From positions 1 through 64,000 of the forward strand of contig JANRLD010000098.1 of the NCBI GenBank assembly GCA_033762915.1: a DNA stretch of 64,000 nt, written 5' to 3'. This document shows positions 34,085-44,071 of the stretch, piece by piece; positions within the stretch are counted from its first letter, which is position 1; every line of letters starts with the position of its first letter. Below the pieces are notes generated by a model. That model was not told the DNA's origin. It searched no databases and saw nothing but the letters and a program-made list of their open reading frames with translations. The stretch comes from Meiothermus sp. (GTDB lineage Bacteria > Deinococcota > Deinococci > Deinococcales > Thermaceae). A program made the translations under genes and the position numbers.

Positions 34085-35116
34085 TCACTCCTCCTCCGCA
34101 ATCTCGTGGCTTTGCAGGCTACGCCACAGCAAAATCGGCAGCAGCAGGGCGAACACGATGGCATCCTTGAAGGCGCTGGCGGTGAAGGAGGCGTAGGACT
34201 CGAGGCCCCCCACCGCGATGGCCCCCACCACCGCCAGCGGGTAGCTGATCAGTCCGCCCAGTGTCCCGGCGATGAAGCCCTTCAGGCCTAGCAAAAAGCC
34301 CTGAAAGTAGGCGGGGCTAATCTCGGGCGCCAAGAGCATCCCCGCAACACAGGTGATCAGCGTGGCGATCCCGAACGAAACGTACCCGGCCTGGCTGGGT
34401 GAGATTCCCAGCAGCCTTGCACCGTAGCGGTTGACGGCGGCGGCACGCAGCGCTTTGCCATAGATGCTTTTGGTGAAGAACAGGAAAAGCCCAATCATCG
34501 TAAAAAGCGCGAAGCCATACACCAGGAAGAGCTGGTTGTTAACCGGGATGGGTCCGATGTTGGTCTGGCCCGAAAAAATGGGCGGTAGGCGGTACTGCTC
34601 GGGGCCGAAGATGACCAGCCCCAGGCCCAGATAGGCAAAGTGCAGACCCACCGCGATGATCAGATAGGTCAGTACGCTGGCGTTCTTGGCTGGCTCGAAA
34701 AACAGCCGGTAGCTGGCCGTCCCAATCGGCAGCACGATCAGAACCGCGAAGAGCCAGCCCAGCCACATCGGCACGCCCTGTGCCCCCCACCATCCGACCC
34801 CAACTACCGCCAACGCCGCGGCCCCTAGAAGCAAAGAAAACCCTGGTCTTTTGCGTTCTAGTACCGCCCACCACAGCAGCATCCCCGCCGCCAGCCAGAC
34901 CGTGCCGGGGATCTGACCTTTGAGATTTAAGCCACTGACTTCGGGCGGCAAAAACCACACATAGGTGAGCGGGGCAAAGACCAAGAACTCTCCCAGCGGC
35001 ACGTAAATCACCCGTGTAACCGTGAACACCAGCACCAGCGTCAGCGCCAGCAGCGCGTAGATGGTGCCGTTCTTGAGGGCGTCGGCGGCCAGAAAGGAGA
35101 AGATGGTGAAATCCAT
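34085..35116 (-). CDS. livH: ABC permease (LivH-like)
   Basis: GTIYALLAL, YGKALRAAAVN, LKGFIAGTLGG. Confidence 0.88.
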   Translation of the reverse strand: MDFTIFSFLAADALKNGTIYALLALTLVLVFTVTRVIYVPLGEFLVFAPLTYVWFLPPEVSGLNLKGQIPGTVWLAAGMLLWWAVLERKRPGFSLLLGAAALAVVGVGWWGAQGVPMWLGWLFAVLIVLPIGTASYRLFFEPAKNASVLTYLIIAVGLHFAYLGLGLVIFGPEQYRLPPIFSGQTNIGPIPVNNQLFLVYGFALFTMIGLFLFFTKSIYGKALRAAAVNRYGARLLGISPSQAGYVSFGIATLITCVAGMLLAPEISPAYFQGFLLGLKGFIAGTLGGLISYPLAVVGAIAVGGLESYASFTASAFKDAIVFALLLPILLWRSLQSHEIAEEE

Positions 35117-35328
35117 AGAGTACAAAGGGGCAGGAGGGACGTGCGCCGAAACTGCAGTTATTTGATTCCGGAACCGTGCCCGTAAACGCTTCGGGGAAGG
35201 GATTTCAGCCCCACGGTTTGCGCCCCGACGAGTCTAAAATCGGCCTTGTTGGTGGCCCGTAGCCAAAAGCCAGAGTTGGACGACAACACCCGTTAGCTTT
35301 CGGCCACAGGCCACTGGCTTCCGGCCGC

Positions 35329-36525
35329 TTACCTGAACGTCCGCAGCAACTTCCAATCCAGACGCCCGTTGGCCTCGCGGACGACCTCAACCATGACGGC
35401 GGCTTCCTGGAAGCGCAGGCCAAGGTGGTCGGTGGGGCTCATGTTGAAAATGCCGTGCGTTCCCACCACGTTGCGGGTGGCTTCGATCTGGTCGCGCAGG
35501 GTGCGACGGAAGGCGGCCAGGTTGGTGGTCTGCTGGCTGCTCAGAGTGCGCTCGAGGGCCGCCCGCAGAATGATCCAGGCGTCGTAGGCGTGCCCACCGA
35601 AGGTGGAGTAACTGCCAATGCCGAAGCGGATTTCGTACTGCTGGACGTAGTTGAGCGCGACCTGGCGGTTGGGGAAGTTGGCGGGCAGCTGGTCGAATAC
35701 CAGCACCGGTCCGGCGGGTAGGCGGGTGCCCACCACGAACTCGCCGCCCACCCGCAGAAAGTCGGGGTTGGCGACGCCGTGGGTCTGGTAGATCAGTCCC
35801 CGGTAGCCGCGCTCGCGCAGGGTGCGCTGGGGCAGCACCGGCGCGGTGCCCGAGCCCCCGATCAGCACCGCGTCGGGGTTGCGGGAGAGGATGCGGAGGA
35901 TCTGGCCGGTTACGGAAGTGTCGGTGCGGGCGAAGCGCTCGGAAGCCACCACCGTGATGACCGCTTCCTTGGCAGCAGCCTCGAAAGCCCTGGCCCAGCC
36001 CTCGCCATAGGCGTCGTTGAATCCGATGTAGGCGACCTCTTTGACGTTGGAGGCGGCCATGTCGCGCACAATGGGCACGCTCATTTGCTGTTCGGTCTGG
36101 GGGGTCTTAAAGACCCAGCGGCGCTTTTCGTCTACCGGGAAGACGATCTCGAGGTTGGCCGCCATCGAGATCTTGGGGACCCCTGCCTCAGCCACCAGGT
36201 CAATCATCCCCAGGCTGGCCGGGGTGGTGGTGGTGCCGATAATGGCCAGCACGTTCTCTTCCGAGATCAAGCGGCGGGTGGCCCGCACCGCCTGGGTGGT
36301 GTCGGAGGCGTCATCGATGATCACGAACTCGACCGGACGGCCCGAGACGCCGCCGCGGCGGTTGACCTGCTCCTGCAGCAGCACCAGGGTGTTGCGCTCG
36401 GGTATACCCAGCGAGGCTGCCGGCCCCGTGGCCGAGACTACCACCCCGATCTTGAGGGGCGCGGCCTGCTGCGCCATCCCTAAGCCCAGTCCTGCCACCA
36501 GTGCGCCGATGAGTAGTTGCTTCAT
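35329..36525 (-). CDS. ABC substrate-binding protein (LivK-type, aromatic-acid binding-like)
   Basis: AGGAGGAG RBS, signal peptide, KIGVVVSATGPAASLG, IYQTHGVAN. Confidence 0.9.
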   Translation of the reverse strand: MKQLLIGALVAGLGLGMAQQAAPLKIGVVVSATGPAASLGIPERNTLVLLQEQVNRRGGVSGRPVEFVIIDDASDTTQAVRATRRLISEENVLAIIGTTTTPASLGMIDLVAEAGVPKISMAANLEIVFPVDEKRRWVFKTPQTEQQMSVPIVRDMAASNVKEVAYIGFNDAYGEGWARAFEAAAKEAVITVVASERFARTDTSVTGQILRILSRNPDAVLIGGSGTAPVLPQRTLRERGYRGLIYQTHGVANPDFLRVGGEFVVGTRLPAGPVLVFDQLPANFPNRQVALNYVQQYEIRFGIGSYSTFGGHAYDAWIILRAALERTLSSQQTTNLAAFRRTLRDQIEATRNVVGTHGIFNMSPTDHLGLRFQEAAVMVEVVREANGRLDWKLLRTFR

Positions 36526-36616
36526 GTCTCCTCCTGTACGAGTGTCCTGCGACGTACGGCGTACGTCATGTGCACAAACCTCAAGGCGTACGACGCTGAA
36601 TCTATGGCGTACGACT

Positions 36617-38130
36617 TCATAACAACTGCTCCTTCCCAGCCGCGACCATCCGCCGCAGGAGCGGGTGCGGACGGTAGCGGTCCTCGCCCAGCTCGGCGTG
36701 GAGGCCGTCCAGGGCGCGAAGCACCGGCTTGAGCCAGACGACAGAAGCCCACTCGAGTGGACCCCTTGGGTAGCCCGTGCCCAGCCGCATGGCCTTGTCG
36801 AGGTCGGCGGGCGAGGCGATGCCTTCCGCCACCGCCGAGACCGCTTCGTTGATGAGCAGGGCCAGTATCCTGAACCCGACCCCCCCAGGCTGGTCAGGCA
36901 GGCTGAGGGCGAGGTGCCCGTGGGCAGAAAAGTACTTGAGCGCGATGTCCACCGCAGGGTTGGTTCCACTGAGGGGCGCGTAAACCTCCGCGACGGACTT
37001 TTCGGTGATAGGGGAGACGATGCTGAAGCCGGCCACGGCGCGTTTGCCGTAGTTTGACTCGATCAGGCTGGCGGAGTGCCCCCAGACCAGTGTCACCACG
37101 GGCAAATGCTCGGTGAAATCCTCCTTGCGGTCGGAGGCTACGCGGCAGTCCAGGACGAAGTCGGCTTCGGCGACGTTCTCGGTCTTTTTGAACTTCTGGG
37201 CCAATTCTTTGGCGAGGGCGTTGGGGCCGACGATGTAGGCGGTGGGGGCCGCGGACACATCCTTGCCCGGAAGTTGGGGGGCCGGGGGGCCAGGGGGGTA
37301 GCTGTACCAGCCCTGGTTGGTTTTTCGCCCGAGCATCCCAGCGGCGACCCGCTGGGCTTGGAGGGGGTGGGGCCGGTAGCGCGGCTCGCCGAAAAAGCCC
37401 TGATAAACTGAGTTGGAGGCAGCTAGGTTGATGTCCAGCCCGATCAGGTCCATCAGCTCGAATGGCCCCATCGGAAATCCCGTGCCCTTCATGACCCAGT
37501 CGATATGCTCCTTGGGGACGCCTTCGGCATAGAGCCTAAGGGACTCGCCGTAAAAGGGCCGAGCCACCCGGTTGACCAGAAAACCGGGGGTGTCGGCGGC
37601 CTGTACGGGCTCTTTGTGCCAGGACTGGGCGAGCTTGATGGCGCGCTCGAGGGTCGCGCTGGAGGTCTGCAAGGCCGGGATTACCTCCACAGCTTCATCC
37701 GCTGGGCGGGGTTAAAAAAGTGCAGACCGACCACCCGCTCGGGGTTTTTGACTCTGGCGGCGATGGCCGAGATGCAAAGGGTCGAGGTGTTGGTCGCCAA
37801 GAGGTTCGATGGATTGAGCGCACCCAGCTTGCCCAGTAGATCTTGCTTAACCTCGAGGATTTCCGGCGCGGCCTCGATGACCAAATCGGCTTTGGCGCAT
37901 GCCTCGAGCTGGCCTGTTGGGCGGACTCGAGCCGCCACGACGTCGGCAGACTCGGTTAATCGCCCGGCCTCGGCGGACTTTTGCAGGTTAAAGGCGATGA
38001 CTTTGATGGCCTTGCTCAGGGCTTCAGCGTCAGGGTCGTAGAGCTGCACCGTGTGACCGGCAATTGCCGCCACCTCTGCGATGCCACGCCCCATTGTGCC
38101 CGCGCCAAGCACTGCGACCGTTTCAGCCAT
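36617..38130 (-). pseudogene. paaH: 3-hydroxyacyl-CoA dehydrogenase PaaH, split by a 1-bp frameshift near 37690
   Basis: ORF1 GAGTMGRGIA...HFFNPAQRMKL then WR*; ORF2 resumes VEVI...DTPGFLVNR, MGPFELMDLIGLD; one extra G restores MKLVEVI. May be a sequencing error. Confidence 0.85.
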
Positions 38131-38152
38131 CTCTGAAGTCCTCTAGTATTAC

Positions 38153-38166
38153 CAAACGAGCGTTTG
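38153..38166. promoter_or_regulatory. PaaR operator upstream of paaH
   Basis: CAAACGAGCGTTTG matches CNAACGNNCGTTNG. Confidence 0.78.
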
Positions 38167-38179
38167 TTTGATTCGCGCT

Positions 38180-38208
38180 AGTCTACGCAAGTAGATTTGA
38201 CCTGTCAA
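38180..38208 (-). promoter_or_regulatory. SigA promoter of the paaH-liv operon
   Basis: TTGACA (38208-38203), 17 nt spacer, TAGACT (38185-38180). Confidence 0.75.
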
Positions 38209-38338
38209 GCGTGTGGAACAAGATATGCCAGGGGAGGACCGGCCAGAGTCGGTAGCTGCGGACGGGCAGCTTAAGGGCGCCCAGAAGAAGGCCTCGCGGC
38301 TTGAGGTCAGGAGTTCCCCGAGCAGCAAAGGTGTCCCC

Positions 38339-38914
38339 TTAACCCCCCCTAAGCTCTACTACCCGATCCACCCTCGAGAGCCACCCCCGGTCGTGGGTGG
38401 CGATCACCACGCCGCCGGCGCCTTTAGCGAAGTCCACCAGGTTTTCCAACAGCACCCGGCCCTCGGCGTCCAGGGCAGCTTCGGGCTCGTCCAGCAGCCA
38501 GATGTCGGGGTTTTGCAGGCGCAGCTTGGCCATCGCCAGGCGCTTTTTCATCCCGCTGCTGTAGCTCATCACGGGCTTGTCGAGGGGCAGGCCGACCTCG
38601 CTCAGGGCGGTCCGAATCCGGCCCCCGTCGTCCGGCTCCCCGTCCAGCCGCAGGGTGTAGTGCAGGTTCTCGAGTCCGCTAAAGTGCCGATGGAAGGCGG
38701 GGGGATTGGCCAGCACGCCCACCCGGCCCGAGAGATTGACCTTGCCCTTGGTTGGGCGCACCAGGCCCGCCAGAACCCGCAACAGGGTGGTCTTCCCGAC
38801 CCCGTTGGGGCCGATCAGGGCTACAGTCTCACCTCGGGAAAGGGCGAACTCGAGGTCGCGCAGCACCCAGTCGCGGCCGTAGCGCTTGGAGATTTTGTTG
38901 GCCTCGATCAGCAT
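38339..38914 (-). CDS. ccmA: Heme ABC exporter ATP-binding protein CcmA-like
   Basis: GPNGVGKTT, YSSGMKKR, WLLDEP; short ATPase next to ccdA. Confidence 0.7.
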   Translation of the reverse strand: MLIEANKISKRYGRDWVLRDLEFALSRGETVALIGPNGVGKTTLLRVLAGLVRPTKGKVNLSGRVGVLANPPAFHRHFSGLENLHYTLRLDGEPDDGGRIRTALSEVGLPLDKPVMSYSSGMKKRLAMAKLRLQNPDIWLLDEPEAALDAEGRVLLENLVDFAKGAGGVVIATHDRGWLSRVDRVVELRGG

Positions 38915-39008
38915 TGGCAAGAGTCTAGCCTAAGTTGCGCCGCCGTGAGCGGGGTGGGATCGGTCGTCGACCTTGATAACCCCGCCTCTGTGGGAATCCG
39001 CCCAGCGC

Positions 39009-39665
39009 TCACAGCCGCTCGAGCAGCCACTGTGGGGTAAGGCGAATGAAAAAGCTGTTGAGTACGGTGAAGGTGCCGGTGAACATCAGGACCCCCACCG
39101 CCACCAGGGCGACCCCGGCGGTGAGTTCGGCGTACCTCGAGTACCGCGCCGCGCTGCGCACCCAGCCCCTGGCCCGGTCGGCGAACAGTGCGACCAGCAG
39201 GAAGGGTACTGCCAGCCCGGCGATGTAGGTCAGCAGCAGGCCGACGCCCTGGCCAGTTGCGGTCAGGGTCAGGATGCCGCCCAAGATCGGCCCGATGCAA
39301 GGCGTCCAGCCGATCCCCAGTACGACGCCCAGCACGAAAGCGCCCCAAGGGTTGTCGGTCTGGCCCTGGTAGCGCAGATTGACGCCCCACTTGGGCTTGA
39401 GGCCCAGCATATACAGCCCGAACAAAACCATCACCACTCCGCCGACCTGCGCCAGCAGCTGCCGGTTTTCGGAGAGCAGGCCGCCCAGGATGGTGAACGG
39501 CAGGCCCAGCACCAAGAAGACCAGCGAGAAGCCCAGTACGAAGAACAGCGCATTAAACACGGGCCGACCCTTGTCCCCGCCCAGGTAGAGCAGGTAGGTG
39601 GGTACCAGCGGAAGAACGCAGGGCGACAGGAAAGACAGCAAACCGGCCAGGAACGCGGCGACCAT
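39009..39665 (-). CDS. ccdA: Cytochrome c biogenesis protein CcdA
   Basis: AGLLSFLSPCVLPLVP and GWTPCIGPIL. Confidence 0.93.
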   Translation of the reverse strand: MVAAFLAGLLSFLSPCVLPLVPTYLLYLGGDKGRPVFNALFFVLGFSLVFLVLGLPFTILGGLLSENRQLLAQVGGVVMVLFGLYMLGLKPKWGVNLRYQGQTDNPWGAFVLGVVLGIGWTPCIGPILGGILTLTATGQGVGLLLTYIAGLAVPFLLVALFADRARGWVRSAARYSRYAELTAGVALVAVGVLMFTGTFTVLNSFFIRLTPQWLLERL

Positions 39666-39888
39666 AACTGCCTATACGTTATCAGATGCACCGGGGGACA
39701 AAAGAGGGAATGGTTCCTGAAACCCTCCCAACTGCCGGGGGCGTCTGCTGCCAGGGCCAGTCCACCCGGCGAGTGCGGGGGTACGGGCTGGCACGTCGAC
39801 CTCTAGCCCTAAAGGCAGGGAAGTTCCGCAGATCATCCTTGGACTAAGACCTAGTCTTTTGGTGCCCAACTCCTTAGGATGGGGCGGT

Positions 39889-40638
39889 ATGCGCCGCGCC
39901 CTCGCCCTGCTGCTGACCCTGCTGCTGCCTCTTGGTCTGGCTCAGGAACCGCCGACCTGGGGGTTCAGGGTGGTTAACACCTTTCCCCACGACCCCAACG
40001 CCTTCACCCAGGGGCTGATTTTCCTGAACGGCTTTCTCTACGAGGGCACTGGACTCAATGGGCGCTCCTCGATCCGGCAGGTCGAGCTGAGGACGGGCCG
40101 GGTACTTCGGCAGCGCAACCTCGAGCAGCGCTATTTCGGCGAGGGCATCACCTTCTTCCAGAACCGCTTCTACCAGCTCACCTGGCAGAACCGGGAGGGC
40201 TTCATATACGACCTCAACTTCAACCCGGTCGGAAAGTTCACCTACGAAACCGAGGGCTGGGGCCTGACCCACAACGGGCGACAGCTCATCCTTTCCGACG
40301 GCTCGCCCAACCTCTATTTCCTCGACCCCCGCACCCTCAAGCCGGTTCGGACCCTCAGGGTCACCGCCAACGGCGAGCCGGTGGAGGAGCTGAACGAACT
40401 GGAGTTCATCAACGGGCGGGTGTGGGCCAACGTCTGGCAAACCAATCGCATCGCCATCATCAACCCCGAGACCGGACGGGTCGAGGCCTGGCTGGACTTG
40501 GCCGCCCTGACCCTGCTGGTGCGTCCCACCGACCCCAACGCCGTGCTCAACGGAATCGCCTACGACGTCAGGGGCAACCGCATTTTCGTGACCGGCAAGC
40601 TATGGCCCAGCATTTTTGAGATTACGGTTACGCGTTAG
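39889..40638 (+). CDS. Glutaminyl-peptide cyclotransferase (type I QC)
   Basis: HDPNAFTQGL, FGEGIT, QLTWQ, EGWGLT, LNELE, VLNGIAY, TGKLW. Confidence 0.93.
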   Translation: MRRALALLLTLLLPLGLAQEPPTWGFRVVNTFPHDPNAFTQGLIFLNGFLYEGTGLNGRSSIRQVELRTGRVLRQRNLEQRYFGEGITFFQNRFYQLTWQNREGFIYDLNFNPVGKFTYETEGWGLTHNGRQLILSDGSPNLYFLDPRTLKPVRTLRVTANGEPVEELNELEFINGRVWANVWQTNRIAIINPETGRVEAWLDLAALTLLVRPTDPNAVLNGIAYDVRGNRIFVTGKLWPSIFEITVTR

Positions 40639-40734
40639 GTTCGAGGGCTGTAGACCTGAGGCGAATCGTCGAGGGCGTAAGGCATAAAGACGACCGCAAA
40701 CGACGGACCACTAACTGCTGGGAGCCGATTCCTG

Positions 40735-41256
40735 ATGAGAAGTCTCTCGAGAAGCTATCTGCTGGGACTGGTCGCGCTGATGGTAGCGGTGGCGACCACC
40801 GGGTATTTCTTGGCCGGACGCACCCTGGCCCCCTCAGCGCCCAGTCAGCCCACCCTGCCCCGTAGCACCGTAACCCTCTCCAACCCGGCGGGCGAGTACG
40901 AGGTGCCGGTCTACAAGGTCAATAACCCCCAGCAGTTTTTCCTGGCCAACCAGCGCACCCTAAGGGAAAACGAAGGCATCCTTTACCTCTTCACCCAGAT
41001 TCGCGACGACAGCTGGAGCGGCCAGGGATTTAAGCAGAGCGTCTCGGTGGCTTTTTTTAGCGGGCGGCGCGACCAGGCCCGTATCCTACGCATCATGGAC
41101 ATCGAGCCCTGCGGTACCCCACCGCCCGGCAAGACTTGCCCCAGTTACGAGCCCAGTGTGGCCTACCGTATGGCCCTCGAGATGCCCAAAGGCTGGTTTG
41201 CCGAGAACCGCATCGCCGTAGGCGACCAGATGCGGGTGAACGAGGCGAGGAACTAG
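40735..41256 (+). CDS. DUF192 family protein
   Basis: N-terminal TM; EGILYLF, SVAFF, EPC...CPSY, ALEMPKGWF. Confidence 0.75.
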   Translation: MRSLSRSYLLGLVALMVAVATTGYFLAGRTLAPSAPSQPTLPRSTVTLSNPAGEYEVPVYKVNNPQQFFLANQRTLRENEGILYLFTQIRDDSWSGQGFKQSVSVAFFSGRRDQARILRIMDIEPCGTPPPGKTCPSYEPSVAYRMALEMPKGWFAENRIAVGDQMRVNEARN

Positions 41257-41353
41257 AGGAAGGGGCACAGGGAAGGCAAGATGCCCGCGGTTTGTCCCTA
41301 GCGGGTTCTTTCGAGTTTTGCGCTTCCCGCCCCACCGCTTAGACTATGAAGCT

Positions 41354-43564
41354 GTGAGCGCCCTTTACCGCCAGGCCCGCCCGACCACCTTCGACGAGAT
41401 GGTGGGTCAGGAGCACGTCAAGGAGGTGCTCAGCAACGCGCTGCGGCAGGGCAGGCTGGCCCAGGCGTATCTGTTCTCGGGGCCGAGGGGCGTGGGCAAG
41501 ACCAGCAGTGCGCGGCTGATTGCCCAGGCGGTCAACTGCACCGGCCCTGACGAGGAGGCGGCTGCAGGGCTTACCGGCAACTCTCCCCAGCATCCCAAGC
41601 CCTGTGGGGTCTGCGAGGGCTGCCGACTGGTGCGCGAAGGCCGCCACCCGGACGTGCTCGAGATCGACGCGGCCTCCAACAACTCGGTCGAGGACGTGCG
41701 CGACCTGCGCGAGCGAATCCTGCTGGCCCCTATCCTCTCCCCGCAAGAGAAAAAGGTGGTAATCCTCGACGAGGCCCACATGATGTCCAAGAGCGCTTTC
41801 AATGCGCTGCTCAAGACCCTCGAAGAGCCCCCGCCGCACGTTATCTTCGTCTTCGCCACCACCGAGCCCGAGCGGATGCCCCCCACCATCCTCTCGCGCA
41901 CCCAGCACTTCCGCTTCCGCCGCCTTTCCGAGGCTGAGATCGTGCAGAAGCTGGGTCGCATCCTGCAGGGCATCGGTCGCGAGGCCGAGCACGCCGCCCT
42001 GGCGCTGGTGGCCCGCATGGCCGACGGCGCGATGCGCGACGCCGAGAGCCTGATGGACAGACTCTTGACCCTCGAGGGGCCCATCACCCTTAAGCAGACC
42101 GAGGACGCGCTGGGCCTTCCCCCGCAGGAGGCACTGTTTGGGGTGGCCGAGGCCCTTGACCGAGGGGACATCCGGGCGGCCCTGGAGCAGTCCCAAAACC
42201 TGTACACCCAGGGGTTCGCCGCCCGCACCCTGGCCCAGGGGCTCCTCGAGGCCATCCGCGCCGGGCTGTACGGTCGGATGGGCCTGGGTACTGGCCCCCA
42301 CCTGGGGCCCCACCTCGACCGCCTGGTTGCTGCCATGACCGCCCTGGACGAGACCCTCGAGCGATTGCTTAAGCGCTCGGACGCACTGTCGCTCGAGCTA
42401 GCGGTGCTGGCGGCCTACCAAGCCCTTCACCCGCCCACACCGGGAGCCGACCTGGGGGCGGGCGCCGAGGCTCGAGTCACGCAACAGCCCGCAACGCCCG
42501 CCGTACCCGACTTCGATCCACGCCCCCGGCGGTCTGCCCCGGCCCAGGGAGCGGGAAACCGGGAACCGGGAGTGGACACTTCCGCCAACCCTCCAGTTTC
42601 CGTCTCGGACAGTCCACCCGCCTCCCAAACCCCCAACATCCCCACCAACGTCCGCGACCTCACCGCCGAGTGGAGACAGGTCATGAGTGCCCTCAAGATG
42701 ACCATCCGGGGCTTCGTGCGCGAGGCCGAGCCGAGGTTTGACGAGGGCCGGGTGACCCTGATCTTTCCCGAGCGGGCCGGCTTCCATTTCCAGAGCGCCC
42801 AGAAGAACCTCGAGGAGATCAAGAGGGCAGTCCGGGAAACGATGGGCATTAACGATGTCGAGCTGATGCTGGGGAAAAAAAAACTAACGGATGACCCGCC
42901 CCCCAGCCGACCCTTCGCCCCGCAGTCGTTTGGAGGCCTGGCAGCGCAGGTGGTCGAGTCTGCCCAGCCCAGGCCTGCCGAACCGCCCAGGGCCGCAGAG
43001 CCCCCGCGGGCCGAGGCGCCCCGGGCGCCGGTCTCGTTCGAGGGGTTGGGCCAGCCGTCTGTGCCTCGGACCCCACCTTCGGTAGCGCCATCTCAGCCTG
43101 CGCACCAGGACGCCATCTCCCCAGGCGAACAGCCTTTCGCACCGCCCCCATCGGGCCACGCTGCGCCTGAGTCTGCCGACCCTTTAAGCTTTAGCAGCCC
43201 GGCCCAGCCGGCCCCGACCCAGGAGCTGGCCACCCCTCGAGCCCCCCAACCCCCACCCGAGGCATTGCTGCCCGAGTCCCCGACCCAGCCCGACCTGGCG
43301 CCGCTTGAAGACTGGACTCCCCAGGACACACCTTTCGGTGAGTCCGATCCCTTCGGCGACGGTGAGCCCCCGCTTGTTGCGAGAGCCGAGACCCAGACCA
43401 CCCTCCTCGACGATCCCAAGTACAAAAACTTGGTCAAACTATTCGGCGGGCGCCTGCGGAAGTTCCAGAAAGACGCCCCCAAGGAGGCGGCCGTAGAACT
43501 CGACCCCGAAGCCGCCACCGGCGAGACCGGGGTGCTCGAGGCCGACCCCCCGGACGAGGGTTAG
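41354..43564 (+). CDS. dnaX: DNA polymerase III subunits gamma/tau
   Basis: ALYRQARP, SGPRGVGKT, CGVCEGC, EIDAASN, ILDEAHM, FNALLKTLEEPP; internal A9 run. Confidence 0.96.
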   Translation: MSALYRQARPTTFDEMVGQEHVKEVLSNALRQGRLAQAYLFSGPRGVGKTSSARLIAQAVNCTGPDEEAAAGLTGNSPQHPKPCGVCEGCRLVREGRHPDVLEIDAASNNSVEDVRDLRERILLAPILSPQEKKVVILDEAHMMSKSAFNALLKTLEEPPPHVIFVFATTEPERMPPTILSRTQHFRFRRLSEAEIVQKLGRILQGIGREAEHAALALVARMADGAMRDAESLMDRLLTLEGPITLKQTEDALGLPPQEALFGVAEALDRGDIRAALEQSQNLYTQGFAARTLAQGLLEAIRAGLYGRMGLGTGPHLGPHLDRLVAAMTALDETLERLLKRSDALSLELAVLAAYQALHPPTPGADLGAGAEARVTQQPATPAVPDFDPRPRRSAPAQGAGNREPGVDTSANPPVSVSDSPPASQTPNIPTNVRDLTAEWRQVMSALKMTIRGFVREAEPRFDEGRVTLIFPERAGFHFQSAQKNLEEIKRAVRETMGINDVELMLGKKKLTDDPPPSRPFAPQSFGGLAAQVVESAQPRPAEPPRAAEPPRAEAPRAPVSFEGLGQPSVPRTPPSVAPSQPAHQDAISPGEQPFAPPPSGHAAPESADPLSFSSPAQPAPTQELATPRAPQPPPEALLPESPTQPDLAPLEDWTPQDTPFGESDPFGDGEPPLVARAETQTTLLDDPKYKNLVKLFGGRLRKFQKDAPKEAAVELDPEAATGETGVLEADPPDEG
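42875..42894 (+). other. A9 slippage site producing the gamma subunit
   Basis: GGG-AAAAAAAAA-CTAACGGATGA; stop codons immediately follow in both shifted frames. Confidence 0.8.
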
Positions 43565-43676
43565 CCGCTGGTCGCTGGCAAAAAGTCCTACCGCCAATCC
43601 CGGCAAAACCCGAGATCCAAGGCGTTGTGCCGACCCCGCCAAAGCGGCAATCCGAGCTGGACGAGGGGAACTGCGA

Positions 43677-43746
43677 TCAGTACGGCGGTTTTGGCTGTAC
43701 CGAGCGCAATACTCCGCAACGTGGGCGGAGTCATGGTGGGAAATGC
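43677..43746 (+). repeat. Dispersed palindromic element, copy C (5'-truncated)
   Basis: TACGGCGGTTTTGGCTGTACCGAGCGCAATACTCCGC...GCGGAGTCATGGTGGGAAATGC aligns with copies A and D. Confidence 0.78.
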
Positions 43747-44071
43747 GAAGAGCAGGCGGGTGGGCACGGCTGGCTCCCCCGACTGGAGTCGGCACGCCGA
43801 ATCGACCCGACAAGGGCCAAGCCTCGAGGGCCTCTGCCAACCCCGTGAGTCAAGACCAATGCCGCTGCAAATCATCGGACTTCAAGACGACCCGTACCTC
43901 GTCGCTCGAAGAGTTTCCGTAATAGTTGAGCTTGAAAAAGCCGTGGGGTGTGTTTTGCTCGGTGAATTGGTTTTTTGAAAGCTAATACGGAGGCTCCTGG
44001 GGTCTATCAAGACGCAAATAAACTCCACGCCCCGTAACCTCTGGACTCCCTTGGTCGGCTTTGCCGGACTC

